The translations under genes were made by a program, and so were the position numbers. From assembly GCA_049644685.1 (NCBI GenBank), contig JBARSJ010000320.1, positions 7,916 to 71,915 of the forward strand: DNA of 64,000 nt, read 5' to 3'. Source of the stretch: Anaerolineales bacterium (GTDB taxonomy: Bacteria > Chloroflexota > Anaerolineae > Anaerolineales > UBA11858). The notes under the pieces are model-generated. The model saw only the letters and a program-made list of their open reading frames with translations. It did not search any database and was not told the DNA's origin. Every line of letters begins with the position of its first letter. The stretch's first letter is position 1. Below are positions 38,148-47,542 of this stretch, in pieces.

Positions 38148-40058
38148 ATGGCAAAAATCATAGGAATTGACTTAGGAACAACAAACTCTGCTGTAGCAGT
38201 GATGGAGGGTGGTGAGCCCACAATTATCCCTTCTGCGGAAGGTGACCGCCTTGTTCCATCTGTAGTGGCGATGAATAAGAATCATGAACGTCTGGTTGGC
38301 CGACCGGCCAGAAACCAGGCTGTAGTGAATCCGGAAAATACAATCACATCAATTAAGAGATTTATGGGCGGCAAGGCTTCTTCCCCGGAAATTGAAAGGG
38401 CAAGAAAAATGGTTTCCTATGAAATCATTGAAGCCCCCAATGGAGATGTCCGGGTTGTGATGGATGAAAAAGAATATTCTCCGCCTGAAATCTCTGCCAT
38501 GATCTTAGCGAAAATCAAGGCAGATGCGGAAGACTATCTGGGTGAAGCGGTTACCCAGGCGGTGATTACGGTTCCGGCTTATTTTAATGACAGCCAGCGC
38601 AATGCAACAAAAGACGCTGGAAAAATTGCCGGCCTGGAAGTTCTGCGGATCATCAACGAGCCAACAGCTTCAGCTCTTGCCTACGGCCTTGATAAAAAAC
38701 AAAATGAAGTAATCGCAGTCTATGACCTAGGAGGTGGGACTTTTGATATCTCCATCCTCGATGTCGGAGAAGGCGTTTTCCAGGTCCGGTCGACCAGCGG
38801 TGATACTTTCTTAGGCGGTGATGATTTTGACCAGAGGATTATTGATTATCTGGCTGACGAGTTCAAGAAAGACGAAGGAATTGATCTCCGGGAGCAACGT
38901 CAGGCACTCCAGCGCTTAAGAGAAGCGGCTGAGAAAGCAAAAATTGAGCTCTCGACCATGCAGCAAACTGAGATTAACCTGCCGTACATTACAGCAGATG
39001 CCTCGGGACCTAAACATCTGGTTAAGAAATTTAACCGCGCTAAACTGGAGCAGCTCACCGGTGATCTGATTGAAAAATCCATGAAACCTGTGAAACAAGC
39101 CCTGGACGATGCCGGCCTCTCTCCTTCAGATATCAATGAAGTGGTTCTGGTTGGAGGTATGACCCGTATGCCAGCGGTACAGGAAGCTGTAAGTAAATTA
39201 TTTGGCAAAGCCCCTCACAGAGGTGTGAACCCGGACGAAGTTGTTGCTGTTGGAGCTGCCATCCAGGCAGGTGTTCTGGGAGGAGAGGTGGATGACCTGC
39301 TGCTCCTGGACGTAACTCCACTGACTTTGTCAGTTGAGACTCTCGGGGGTGTGGCAACTCCGCTGATTGAACGGAATACCACTATTCCTGCCCGGGAAAG
39401 CCAGACTTTTTCCACTGCCAGTGACAATCAATCCCAGGTAGAAATCCATGTACTGCAAGGCGAACGCGCCATGGCAGCTGACAATAAATCTCTGGGACGC
39501 TTTATCCTTGATGGAATTCCCCCGGCACCGAGAGGCATACCTCAGGTTGAAGTCACTTTTGACATCAACGCTAACGGTATTCTAGAGGTTACCGCAAAAG
39601 ACAAGGCAACCGGGAAAACCCAGAACATCACTATCACAGCCAGTTCAGGTTTAAGTGATGAAGAAGTGGAAAAAATGCGAAAGGAAGCAGAGCACCACGC
39701 AGAGGAAGACAAGGTCAATAAAGAACAGATTGAAAGTCGCAATAACGCGGACACGCTGGCCTACACTGCCGATAAAACCCTGCGGGACCTGGGTGACAAG
39801 GTGCCGGAAGATATTAAAACTGAAGTAGAGAGCAAAGTCGCCGAGGTTCGCACAGAGTTGGAGAAAGAGACCATTGATGCTGCTCGTTTGCGGGAACTGA
39901 CCGACTCTCTTTCCTCCTCCCTTCAGAAGGTCGGGGAAGCCGCTTATCAGAGTGCTGGTGAAGCTGGTGACGGGATGCCTGAAGCGGATCCCGGGGAAGG
40001 AACAGGTGAGGGCGGTGATGAAGGCGATGTTGTTGAAGGTGAATTTGAAGACGTCTAA
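38148..40058 (+). CDS. dnaK: Molecular chaperone DnaK (Hsp70)
   Basis: [14 protein letters not shown]..., DLGGGTFD, and a full substrate-binding domain and lid. GGAGG lies 5 nt upstream of the ATG at 38148; the track start at 38136 adds MEEN. Confidence 0.97.
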   Translation: MAKIIGIDLGTTNSAVAVMEGGEPTIIPSAEGDRLVPSVVAMNKNHERLVGRPARNQAVVNPENTITSIKRFMGGKASSPEIERARKMVSYEIIEAPNGDVRVVMDEKEYSPPEISAMILAKIKADAEDYLGEAVTQAVITVPAYFNDSQRNATKDAGKIAGLEVLRIINEPTASALAYGLDKKQNEVIAVYDLGGGTFDISILDVGEGVFQVRSTSGDTFLGGDDFDQRIIDYLADEFKKDEGIDLREQRQALQRLREAAEKAKIELSTMQQTEINLPYITADASGPKHLVKKFNRAKLEQLTGDLIEKSMKPVKQALDDAGLSPSDINEVVLVGGMTRMPAVQEAVSKLFGKAPHRGVNPDEVVAVGAAIQAGVLGGEVDDLLLLDVTPLTLSVETLGGVATPLIERNTTIPARESQTFSTASDNQSQVEIHVLQGERAMAADNKSLGRFILDGIPPAPRGIPQVEVTFDINANGILEVTAKDKATGKTQNITITASSGLSDEEVEKMRKEAEHHAEEDKVNKEQIESRNNADTLAYTADKTLRDLGDKVPEDIKTEVESKVAEVRTELEKETIDAARLRELTDSLSSSLQKVGEAAYQSAGEAGDGMPEADPGEGTGEGGDEGDVVEGEFEDV

Positions 40059-40084
40059 TCCGTTTAGGTGAAAATTAACTCAAA

Positions 40085-40125
40085 ACCGGGGAAATGATAA
40101 ATTATTACACTCCCCGGTCTTTGGG
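40085..40125 (+). terminator. Possible attenuating terminator between dnaK and dnaJ
   Basis: ACCGGGGA ... TCCCCGGT stem followed by CTTTGGGTTT. Confidence 0.4.
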
Positions 40126-40174
40126 TTTCAGGAAGGCTTAGCGGTATTATGCAGGATTTCATACGGTAACAGTT

Positions 40175-41308
40175 ATGGCCAAACGCGATTATTATGAAAT
40201 ATTGGGTGTATCCCGGGGTGCATCGGAAAGCGAGTTGAAGAGCGCGTTCCGGAATCTAGCCAGGAAGTATCACCCGGATGTTAACGATGCCCCTGATGCG
40301 GAGGATAAGTTTAAGGAAATCAACGAAGCCTATGGGGTTTTGTCTGATTCAGATAAACGCGCAGCCTATGACCGCTTTGGGCATCAGGGAGTAAGGGGCC
40401 CAAGTGGAGGTCCAGGTTATGAAACAGTAGATTTTTCAGATTTTGCAGATATCTTCGGAGATATGTTTGGTTTTGGTGGTTTTGGGGGTCGATCCCGCAC
40501 TGCGAGCAGAAATGCTCCCCGCAGAGGGGCAGATCTACAATACCAGGCCACCATTTCTTTTAAGGAAGCAGTTTTCGGGGCAGAAAAAGAGATTGATATA
40601 ACCAAAGATGAAACCTGCGATACTTGTAAAGGTGATGGTGCGAAACCAGGCACCTCCCCAAGAACATGTTCGGAATGCCAGGGACGAGGGGAAGTCAGAC
40701 AAACCAGACAAACGCTGTTGGGTTCTATGGTTCAAGTTACTACTTGTCCAGCTTGTTCTGGTCGGGGCAAAATAATTGAAAATCATTGTCCTACTTGTCA
40801 TGGCAGAGGCAAAATCCGAAAGACCCGCCGCAAGAAAGTCAGCATCCCGGCAGGAGTAGATGATGGAACGCGCATCAGACTGGCTGGAGAAGGACAGCCG
40901 GGAGAGAATCATGGTCCTCCCGGCGATCTATATCTTATCGTTCGGGTAAGAACGCATAAATATTTCCGACGCAGAGATAATGATATCCTGTTGGATTTAA
41001 ACATCAACATAGCTCAAGCCACGCTCGGTGCAGAAGTAAAAGTGCCCACTGTGGATGGTGATGTCAAACTGAAAATACCTTCAGGAACGCAGCCGGGCAA
41101 GATTATCCGCATGAGAGGAAAAGGAGTGCCCTATCTTCGGAGCAGCTCCCGCGGGGATCAACTGGTGATTGTAAATGTGACCATTCCCCAACGGCTGGAT
41201 GAGGAAGAGAGAGGCCTGTTTGAGCAGTTGGCGGAAAAAATGGACAGTGAAGTTTTACCGCAGGAACGGGGCTTCCTTGAAAAAATAAAAAATGTTTTAG
41301 GTGGATGA
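40175..41308 (+). CDS. dnaJ: Co-chaperone DnaJ
   Basis: J domain (DYYEILGV...HPD), G/F region, four CxxCxGxG zinc motifs, C-terminal domains. Confidence 0.96.
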   Translation: MAKRDYYEILGVSRGASESELKSAFRNLARKYHPDVNDAPDAEDKFKEINEAYGVLSDSDKRAAYDRFGHQGVRGPSGGPGYETVDFSDFADIFGDMFGFGGFGGRSRTASRNAPRRGADLQYQATISFKEAVFGAEKEIDITKDETCDTCKGDGAKPGTSPRTCSECQGRGEVRQTRQTLLGSMVQVTTCPACSGRGKIIENHCPTCHGRGKIRKTRRKKVSIPAGVDDGTRIRLAGEGQPGENHGPPGDLYLIVRVRTHKYFRRRDNDILLDLNINIAQATLGAEVKVPTVDGDVKLKIPSGTQPGKIIRMRGKGVPYLRSSSRGDQLVIVNVTIPQRLDEEERGLFEQLAEKMDSEVLPQERGFLEKIKNVLGG

Positions 41309-41337
41309 TAATCTCTGCAGAGGATTAAGTTATAGAA

Positions 41338-41378
41338 GTGCAAATCGAAGCATAAAGGCGGAGGTTTGCACTTTTTTT
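41338..41378 (+). terminator. Rho-independent terminator after dnaJ
   Basis: GTGCAAA ... TTTGCAC stem followed by T7. Confidence 0.6.
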
Positions 41379-41385
41379 GATATCA

Positions 41386-42324
41386 ATGGGTAAACAGAAA
41401 TCTAAAAAGTCATGGATAATGATCAGTGTCCTGGTTGAGCAAGAATTAGCTGAAACTGTCGCAAGTGCCTTAAGTGGGATTATACCCGGTGGTCTGGTAT
41501 TAGAGAGAAACTATGGTGGAGTTTTCCCTCATGAGATGGATACAGTTCAGGCGCCGGTACGGGTATACGGATATTTGCCAGTTGATAAAAAGCTGGAGAA
41601 TCGCCGGAAAGAAATTACCAAGGTTCTTGATAATCTGGCGGCTATTTTCCCCCTGCCTGAACCGATTTATTCTCCCCTTGACGAGCAAGATTGGGCGACG
41701 GCCTGGCAGAAAGATTATCACCCAATTACCCTTGGTTCCCGTTTAATTGTGGTTCCCTCCTGGTTGGAAAATCCAGCGCCAGAGCGCATACCGGTTTATA
41801 TGGACCCCGGCATGGCTTTTGGATCAGGAACCCATCCAACGACTCAGCTTTCACTGATTCTTATAGAAGAATGTTTGGCTGAGAATCCCGCCGCAGAGAT
41901 GCTTGATATTGGCTGTGGATCCGGGATTTTGTCCATCGCCGGAGCCAAGTTGGGGGTGAGGTCTGTCTTGGGCCTGGATATCGACCCCGACGCAATCAAA
42001 GTCTCCCTGGCTAATGCGGAAAAGAATCAGGTGGGCGACAAGACCAATTTTACCCTGGGGTCAGTAAAGGAATTGATCCGGAAAGAGCTTCAATTCTCCC
42101 GGGCTCCCCTGGTCGTGGCGAACATTATCGTCCCGGTTTTGACCAGGCTGTTCGAAGACGGACTGAGGGATACTGTCTCACCAGAGGGAAATTTGATCTT
42201 ATCCGGGGTCCTGCAAGAACAGCTGCCCGGGATATTGACTCTACTTGATAGACATGGATTCAACCTCAAGATCAAGCGCCAGCAGGGAGAGTGGGTAGGT
42301 TTATGGGGGAGTAGAGAGAATTAG
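41386..42324 (+). CDS. prmA: Ribosomal protein L11 methyltransferase PrmA
   Basis: DWATAWQKDYHPI, FGSGTHPTT, LDIGCGSGILSIA. The track TTG at 41377 lies inside the terminator T-run, so the ATG at 41386 (or 41419) is preferred. The dnaJ-prmA order is also known from the Bacillus dnaK operon. Confidence 0.88.
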   Translation: MGKQKSKKSWIMISVLVEQELAETVASALSGIIPGGLVLERNYGGVFPHEMDTVQAPVRVYGYLPVDKKLENRRKEITKVLDNLAAIFPLPEPIYSPLDEQDWATAWQKDYHPITLGSRLIVVPSWLENPAPERIPVYMDPGMAFGSGTHPTTQLSLILIEECLAENPAAEMLDIGCGSGILSIAGAKLGVRSVLGLDIDPDAIKVSLANAEKNQVGDKTNFTLGSVKELIRKELQFSRAPLVVANIIVPVLTRLFEDGLRDTVSPEGNLILSGVLQEQLPGILTLLDRHGFNLKIKRQQGEWVGLWGSREN

Positions 42325-42414
42325 CAGCAGATTGTGCTCGATGTTCCCGTGTATAATATGACATGGAAGGGAAACCTGCAAACTGAGATAAGTGGAATTC
42401 CTCAAGGAGTTATC

Positions 42415-42960
42415 ATGACCAATCTCCATCCTGATATTAAGCGAATTCTAATCACTGAAGATGAAATCCAGAAAAGGGTTACCGAACTCGCCGCAGAAAT
42501 TGATCGGGATTACCATAGTACAGACCTGGTTGTCTTAATTGGCATATTAAAGGGGGCGTTTATCTTTACGGCAGACCTTTCCCGAAAAATGACCGCACCG
42601 CATACAGTGGATTTTATGTCCATCTCAAGTTATGGAGATGAGACAGTATCTGATGGGGCAGTTCGGTTGATCTTGGATCTGAGAAAGCCGGTCATGAATC
42701 AGCATGTGATCGTTGTGGAAGATATCGTGGATACCGGTCATACTATGGACTATCTCTATCAGACCCTGCAGGGAAGACATCCGGCGTCGCTGAAAACTTG
42801 CACCCTGTTCAAAAAGGAGCGCAACAGTCTGGAGGTTCCTCTCGATTATGTCGGTTTTGAGATACCAGATGTCTGGGTGGTCGGTTATGGGCTGGACTAT
42901 GCCGATACCCACCGGACGCTGCCGTACATCGCTGAGTTGAAAAGAGAAGTATATTCCTGA
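42415..42960 (+). CDS. hpt: Hypoxanthine phosphoribosyltransferase
   Basis: VVEDIVDTGHT PRPP loop. The 181-aa product starts at MTNLHPDIKRIL, with AGGAG upstream. The track start at 42334 adds 27 non-homologous residues. Confidence 0.9.
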   Translation: MTNLHPDIKRILITEDEIQKRVTELAAEIDRDYHSTDLVVLIGILKGAFIFTADLSRKMTAPHTVDFMSISSYGDETVSDGAVRLILDLRKPVMNQHVIVVEDIVDTGHTMDYLYQTLQGRHPASLKTCTLFKKERNSLEVPLDYVGFEIPDVWVVGYGLDYADTHRTLPYIAELKREVYS

Positions 42961-43062
42961 TCGTTGAAACCAGCCGATACAAAGCTCCTCAAAAATCGGG
43001 AAGATATCCTGGAATTTGATAATCCCGGTTTTTAATCCTGACCAGAAGATATCACACCAAAT

Positions 43063-43833
43063 ATGTCAATCCGAGAACGATCAATCCGGACAGAGGGAAT
43101 AATCCTACGGCGGAAGGATTTTGGGGAATCTGACCGTATCCTGGTATTGTTCACCAGAAAAATGGGACGGGTCTCTGTAATTGCAAAAGGTGCTCGAAAG
43201 CCCAGCTCAAAGATTTCTGGGCATCTGGAACTCTTTATGCGGTCTTCATTTTTAATCTCACGCGGACGTAATCTACATATCCTGACCCAGGCGGAAATGA
43301 TTGAAGACTTTGAGCCATTAAGAAAGGATCTGGTGGGGATTGGGATTGGGTCCTATGTGGTAGAGCTGATTGACGCGGTTACTTATGAGGAGGGCAGCAA
43401 CGTTAAACTCTACAACCTGCTGGTCTCTACACTGGACTCCTTATCCGCTGGAGAGAACCCGGGGATCATAATCCGGTATTATGAACTTCATCTGCTTGAC
43501 CTGGTTGGTTTTCGTCCGGAATTATTCGTTTGTGTGGAATGTGGGAAAAAAATCATCGAACAGGACCAATTTATTTCAGGAGAATTAGGGGGAACGGTAT
43601 GCCCGGAGTGTGCCCTGGGGGCAAAAAGAGCGGGGATCCAGCCAGTATCCTCAAGAGCATTAAAATACATGAGGTATTTTCAGCGGTCAGATATTAATAG
43701 CCTGATTTCTCTTATGATTCCTTCCGAGATAATAGATGAACTAGAAAAGCTAACTCATTACTATTTGACTCATACCCTGGAAGGTCATTTAAACAGCCCT
43801 GCTTTTATTAAACGCATAAAGGATGGATTGTAG
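43063..43833 (+). CDS. recO: DNA repair protein RecO
   Basis: N-terminal OB fold (EGIILRRKDFGESDRILVLFTRKMGRVSVIAKGARK) and a Zn motif CVECGK...CPEC. Confidence 0.9.
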   Translation: MSIRERSIRTEGIILRRKDFGESDRILVLFTRKMGRVSVIAKGARKPSSKISGHLELFMRSSFLISRGRNLHILTQAEMIEDFEPLRKDLVGIGIGSYVVELIDAVTYEEGSNVKLYNLLVSTLDSLSAGENPGIIIRYYELHLLDLVGFRPELFVCVECGKKIIEQDQFISGELGGTVCPECALGAKRAGIQPVSSRALKYMRYFQRSDINSLISLMIPSEIIDELEKLTHYYLTHTLEGHLNSPAFIKRIKDGL

Positions 43834-43903
43834 AGAACAAACCCGGATGGTATTCAATTTATAAGATCAGGTACTCCGGACCTGCAGAAAGGAGCTAATT
43901 TAG

Positions 43904-44536
43904 ATGTCATATCAAGATGAACGGGAGCAGTTGTTAAAGATTGTCCAACAAGCCTACAAGGTTGATTTAATCAGGATGTCTGCCGGGAATATTAGCACCC
44001 GGACAGCAAACGGGATGGTGGCGATCACCCCGAGCGGGATCAAGTACAGGTATATGAAAGCGGAAGATATATCCATAGTAGATCTGGAAGGCAATTTGGT
44101 TGAAGGACCAAAACCTTCCTCTGAAACACCAATGCATACCGCAATCTATAGAAATGTGCCCCGAACAGAAAGCATCTGCCATACCCATTCCATCTACGGG
44201 ATGGTTTTTGCAATGCTGCAGGAAGATATTCCCCTGATGAATGTTGAACTAATGGTATGTGGCGCCCCAATCCCGGTAGCTCCCTGGGCTGCGCCTGGGA
44301 CAGCTAAAGCTGGGGAAGTTACCGTGGATATTTTTCTATCCCGTCCAGAATTGAGCGTGATCCTGCTCCGTCAGCACGGACTGGTTGCGATTGGCAGTTC
44401 TTTGGATCAGGCTTATGAAAAAGCCTATAACGCCGAAACCGGATTAGAGACATACTATAAATCCCGGTTGTTGGGAACCCCCCAACCGTTTACCCTGGAG
44501 CAGATAAATGAAATAAAGGAAGTCTACGGACTTTAA
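43904..44536 (+). CDS. Class II aldolase/adducin-family protein (fuculose-/ribulose-phosphate aldolase/epimerase-like)
   Basis: SAGNISTR, SSETPMHTAIY, HTHS, LLRQHGLVAIG motifs. Confidence 0.85.
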   Translation: MSYQDEREQLLKIVQQAYKVDLIRMSAGNISTRTANGMVAITPSGIKYRYMKAEDISIVDLEGNLVEGPKPSSETPMHTAIYRNVPRTESICHTHSIYGMVFAMLQEDIPLMNVELMVCGAPIPVAPWAAPGTAKAGEVTVDIFLSRPELSVILLRQHGLVAIGSSLDQAYEKAYNAETGLETYYKSRLLGTPQPFTLEQINEIKEVYGL

Positions 44537-44676
44537 TGTATTTGTTATTTTGGGTCTAATAATTGTTCCCTTCCAAGAACAGGCAGCTCTGAATTAATCA
44601 ATGGTAGAATTAATCTGTTGGTAGAAAAAGACGCCAAATATCCATCCAATATGCCCCCATTGAATGAGGAGGAAAC

Positions 44677-45336
44677 ATGAAATTAAAGCTATTCCATCGA
44701 ACACTAACCATTGTCCTGTTATTAGTTTTGAGCACATCCTGTTCTGCGCAGAATTTGGTTAACCCCCCGCCCGCGGACCCTCCCGCTCCAGGTGACTCGG
44801 GTGATACTGGAGAAGTATTAACCTGCTATCACGCGAATAATTATGTTCTCAGCTTTGACCATACCCTGACAGTAAATGAGCAGGGAACCAGCCTGACCCA
44901 TATTCTCAAGCAGGGTAATATCGCCTTGTTGAGTGAAACAAATCCCGATGATTTTTCTGTCACGATCACGACAGCTAGTCCACAAGAGCTAAGTTTTGAG
45001 TATATGGGGGTTCTGGGACCTTGCTCTGTTGAAGCGGGTGGAACGGTTAATGTTTCAGCGGAAGGTTATTGCGAGGGGGGGATCGTGTATCTCAACATCA
45101 CGGAAGATTGGGGTCCCACAGAAGGAACCATGACCTGCGAAGGTCAGGGAGTGCCTTTTTCGGCTCCCGGCGCCGCGTTCACCCACTCTGGGGCGTCTGG
45201 TCTGGGGGAAGAATTTTTAATAACGGATGATTCAAATGGCCATACGGTTATGCGAGAATTCCTGGGTGGTGAAGGATACCATTCTTGGACCCTGTCGATG
45301 GATGTTGACCTTGTCCCCCTGGTAGACGAGGACTAA
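44677..45336 (+). CDS. Lipoprotein, unknown function
   Basis: Signal peptide plus lipobox (LSTSC). 219 aa. AGGAGG RBS. Confidence 0.6.
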   Translation: MKLKLFHRTLTIVLLLVLSTSCSAQNLVNPPPADPPAPGDSGDTGEVLTCYHANNYVLSFDHTLTVNEQGTSLTHILKQGNIALLSETNPDDFSVTITTASPQELSFEYMGVLGPCSVEAGGTVNVSAEGYCEGGIVYLNITEDWGPTEGTMTCEGQGVPFSAPGAAFTHSGASGLGEEFLITDDSNGHTVMREFLGGEGYHSWTLSMDVDLVPLVDED

Positions 45337-45366
45337 TCATCAACGTATGCTAAGTTTAACTCCTTA

Positions 45367-45407
45367 ACACAGGATCCGTAATCCTCCCAGGATTACGGAT
45401 CCTGTGT
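45367..45407. terminator. Strong hairpin between convergent genes
   Basis: 19-bp perfect stem ACACAGGATCCGTAATCCT / AGGATTACGGATCCTGTGT with a 3-nt loop. Confidence 0.6.
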
Positions 45408-45430
45408 GTTGAAGTATATTTCCTGCGATA

Positions 45431-45892
45431 TTAGCGGATTTTTCCTTCAATTGCCAATTTTGCGCTGTCCAGGCTTTCACCTTCGTAGATAAAATAATTT
45501 AATTTAAGCGGCATCACCTTTCCCAGCATCGCCTGAGCGGGACAATATGTATCTGCAGACAGCTCCATCGCCCGAGTGACTGCTTTTTCTGAAAGGTCTT
45601 TTCCCACAACATGATATTCAATCACGGCATTGGTGAACACCTTGGGATGTGTCTCGGCCCGTTCAGTGGTCACTTTGACTTGGAAATCCGAGATTTCCTG
45701 GCGCTTTTTACCCAATATAGAAATGACGTCCATGGCGGTGCATCCTGCCAGGCTGAGAGCCATTAATTCCAGGGGACGAAATCCGTCATTGTCTCCACCA
45801 ACTTCTGGGAAGGAACCCAGGGGCACTTCAAACCCGGAGTCAGCAGCCCCTGTAAAAGACATTCGGCCCTTCCACTGCACTTCAGCATTCAT
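45431..45892 (-). CDS. OsmC-family peroxiredoxin-like protein
   Basis: 153 aa. RPLELMALSLAGCTAMDV and ...YCPAQAML carry the two conserved Cys. Confidence 0.88.
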   Translation of the reverse strand: MNAEVQWKGRMSFTGAADSGFEVPLGSFPEVGGDNDGFRPLELMALSLAGCTAMDVISILGKKRQEISDFQVKVTTERAETHPKVFTNAVIEYHVVGKDLSEKAVTRAMELSADTYCPAQAMLGKVMPLKLNYFIYEGESLDSAKLAIEGKIR

Positions 45893-45895
45893 CGA

Positions 45896-46498
45896 TTACT
45901 CCTTTAAAAGAGGGGTGACATATTTTTCCAGGGTGGGGCCATTAATGGCTCCTAACCAGGCCAGACGCAGATTTCCTTTCCTGTCGATCACAAATGAGTT
46001 CGGTAATGAATTGTGCTGAAATGTGATCAGGGACTTATTTTCAGGGTCCAGCAGGATCACAAAATCCAAACCGGCTTGCTCAACGAAATTTCTGACCTCA
46101 GCTTCCGGTTCACCGGCTTCAATTGCAACAACTTGAAACCCCTGATCTTTATACTTGTTGTAGTAAGCTTTGAATTCCGGCATTTCCTCCCGGCAGGGAG
46201 GACACCATGTTGCCCAATTGTTTACCAGAATGACCTCTCCCTGAAAATCAGTCAGAGAGACTTCGTTGCCGTCCAGATCAAACAGGGTTAATTCCGGGGC
46301 TAACTGGTTAACTTCAACAGGAGGAAAGGTGAGGGCATCTATACTTTCAATAGCTTCACCTCGATTTGTGCTAAGAATCAGACCGACTGCGATCAGGGTA
46401 ATTATGCCCAGTCCCGCCAGGATAATCGGGAGGAGATTGGTCTTTTGGCTGGAGTTTTTCTTCACGGCGACCTTCTTGCTCATCATGCTTTTCCTCAT
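45896..46498 (-). CDS. TlpA/ResA-like membrane-anchored thiol:disulfide oxidoreductase
   Basis: N-terminal TM helix and WATWCPPCREEMPEF active site. Confidence 0.88.
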   Translation of the reverse strand: MRKSMMSKKVAVKKNSSQKTNLLPIILAGLGIITLIAVGLILSTNRGEAIESIDALTFPPVEVNQLAPELTLFDLDGNEVSLTDFQGEVILVNNWATWCPPCREEMPEFKAYYNKYKDQGFQVVAIEAGEPEAEVRNFVEQAGLDFVILLDPENKSLITFQHNSLPNSFVIDRKGNLRLAWLGAINGPTLEKYVTPLLKE

Positions 46499-47041
46499 CG
46501 GATTTTGATAGTTTACTAAGAGCGTTGATTTTGTTCTATTGTACTATTTAGAGACCAGTAAAACGGATTATCTTACTCATATTCATCAAGATAAAAAGCC
46601 ATTAAGTTTACAGCAGAAGTTCCGGGTTCTTCTGTCCCTCCCCGCTTTGTAATTTTTTCTTAACATCGCCGGATTACAGGGGATTTCATCCCTTGTTGTT
46701 TCTGGAATAATTTAATTCAACAGCATATTGATTTAAAGGGCATAATGTCGTGGATGGTTTATAAATGTCACCTAAAATGGGTGAGTTTTGTCCATCGAAT
46801 CAATATATAGGGCAGTGGTAAAAGAAATGATTGCTGGTATACTTAGCGGAGAAAGTTGAGTGCAGCTTTTGCTTCCTTAAGTTAGATACAGCAAACAATG
46901 ACAAATATTGGTAAAGCGTGTTGCTTGAACAGAGCTCAAGCTGTGGTAATTTGCGCCCATATTTATCGGTATCAAGTTTTTAGACTTGCCCAACCGGACT
47001 TCAGGGAACTTTTACTCACAGATAAACTAGAGAAACACTAT

Positions 47042-47065
47042 CCAGGTCAAAATATTTTGACCTGG
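47042..47065. promoter_or_regulatory. Perfect 24-bp palindrome, candidate operator of the CODH/ACS cluster
   Basis: CCAGGTCAAAAT|ATTTTGACCTGG. It ends 66 nt before the first acs-cluster ATG, and its right arm contains a TTGACC -35-like hexamer. Confidence 0.5.
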
Positions 47066-47131
47066 CGTGCTTCTCTATGCTTTTAACTGTTTTACTTGCC
47101 ATCTGGAAAAACCCGACAAAGGAGAGTATGA

Positions 47132-47542
47132 ATGAAAACATTGTCTCTAGAACTCCCCGCAATGTATGGAGACCATCATGTAAAAGAAGTCAGACGGATA
47201 TTATTGGAAATTGAGGGTGTCAAGGATATTTACGCCAGCAGCAGTTTCCAAGTCGTCGAAGTAAAATATGACCCAAAGAAAACTACCCCTGAAGACCTCA
47301 CCGCTGCGCTGGAGAAAGCTGGGTATACTGGCGACATCAACATTTTGGTTGAACCATCCATACCTGCCTATTTACGCGAGGGAGATAAATACTTCCGGAC
47401 AACATCAATCAGTGAAGAAACTCGAAATATTATTGGTTTTGAGCAGGAAGTAGTATATCAAGGACGCACCCAGTGGCCGTGCCCGGGACTGGGTTTACTT
47501 AATGTGGTTGAGCCCCAAACTAAGGAGACTAATAATGGTTAA
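47132..47542 (+). CDS. HMA-fold-like small protein lacking CxxC (GDHH instead), unknown function
   Basis: 136 aa. Residues 1-65 follow the beta-alpha-beta-beta-alpha-beta HMA pattern (...LELPAMYGDHHVKEVRRILLEIEGVKDIYA...VEVKYDP...LTAALEKAGY). AGGAG RBS. 8-nt overlap with the CODH start. Confidence 0.6.
   Translation: MKTLSLELPAMYGDHHVKEVRRILLEIEGVKDIYASSSFQVVEVKYDPKKTTPEDLTAALEKAGYTGDINILVEPSIPAYLREGDKYFRTTSISEETRNIIGFEQEVVYQGRTQWPCPGLGLLNVVEPQTKETNNG

Noticed and set aside
46898-47086. 62-aa ORF in the acs upstream region.
   Set aside because: It has no SD and a Cys/Arg-rich odd composition, and it runs through the 24-bp palindrome and the putative promoter.
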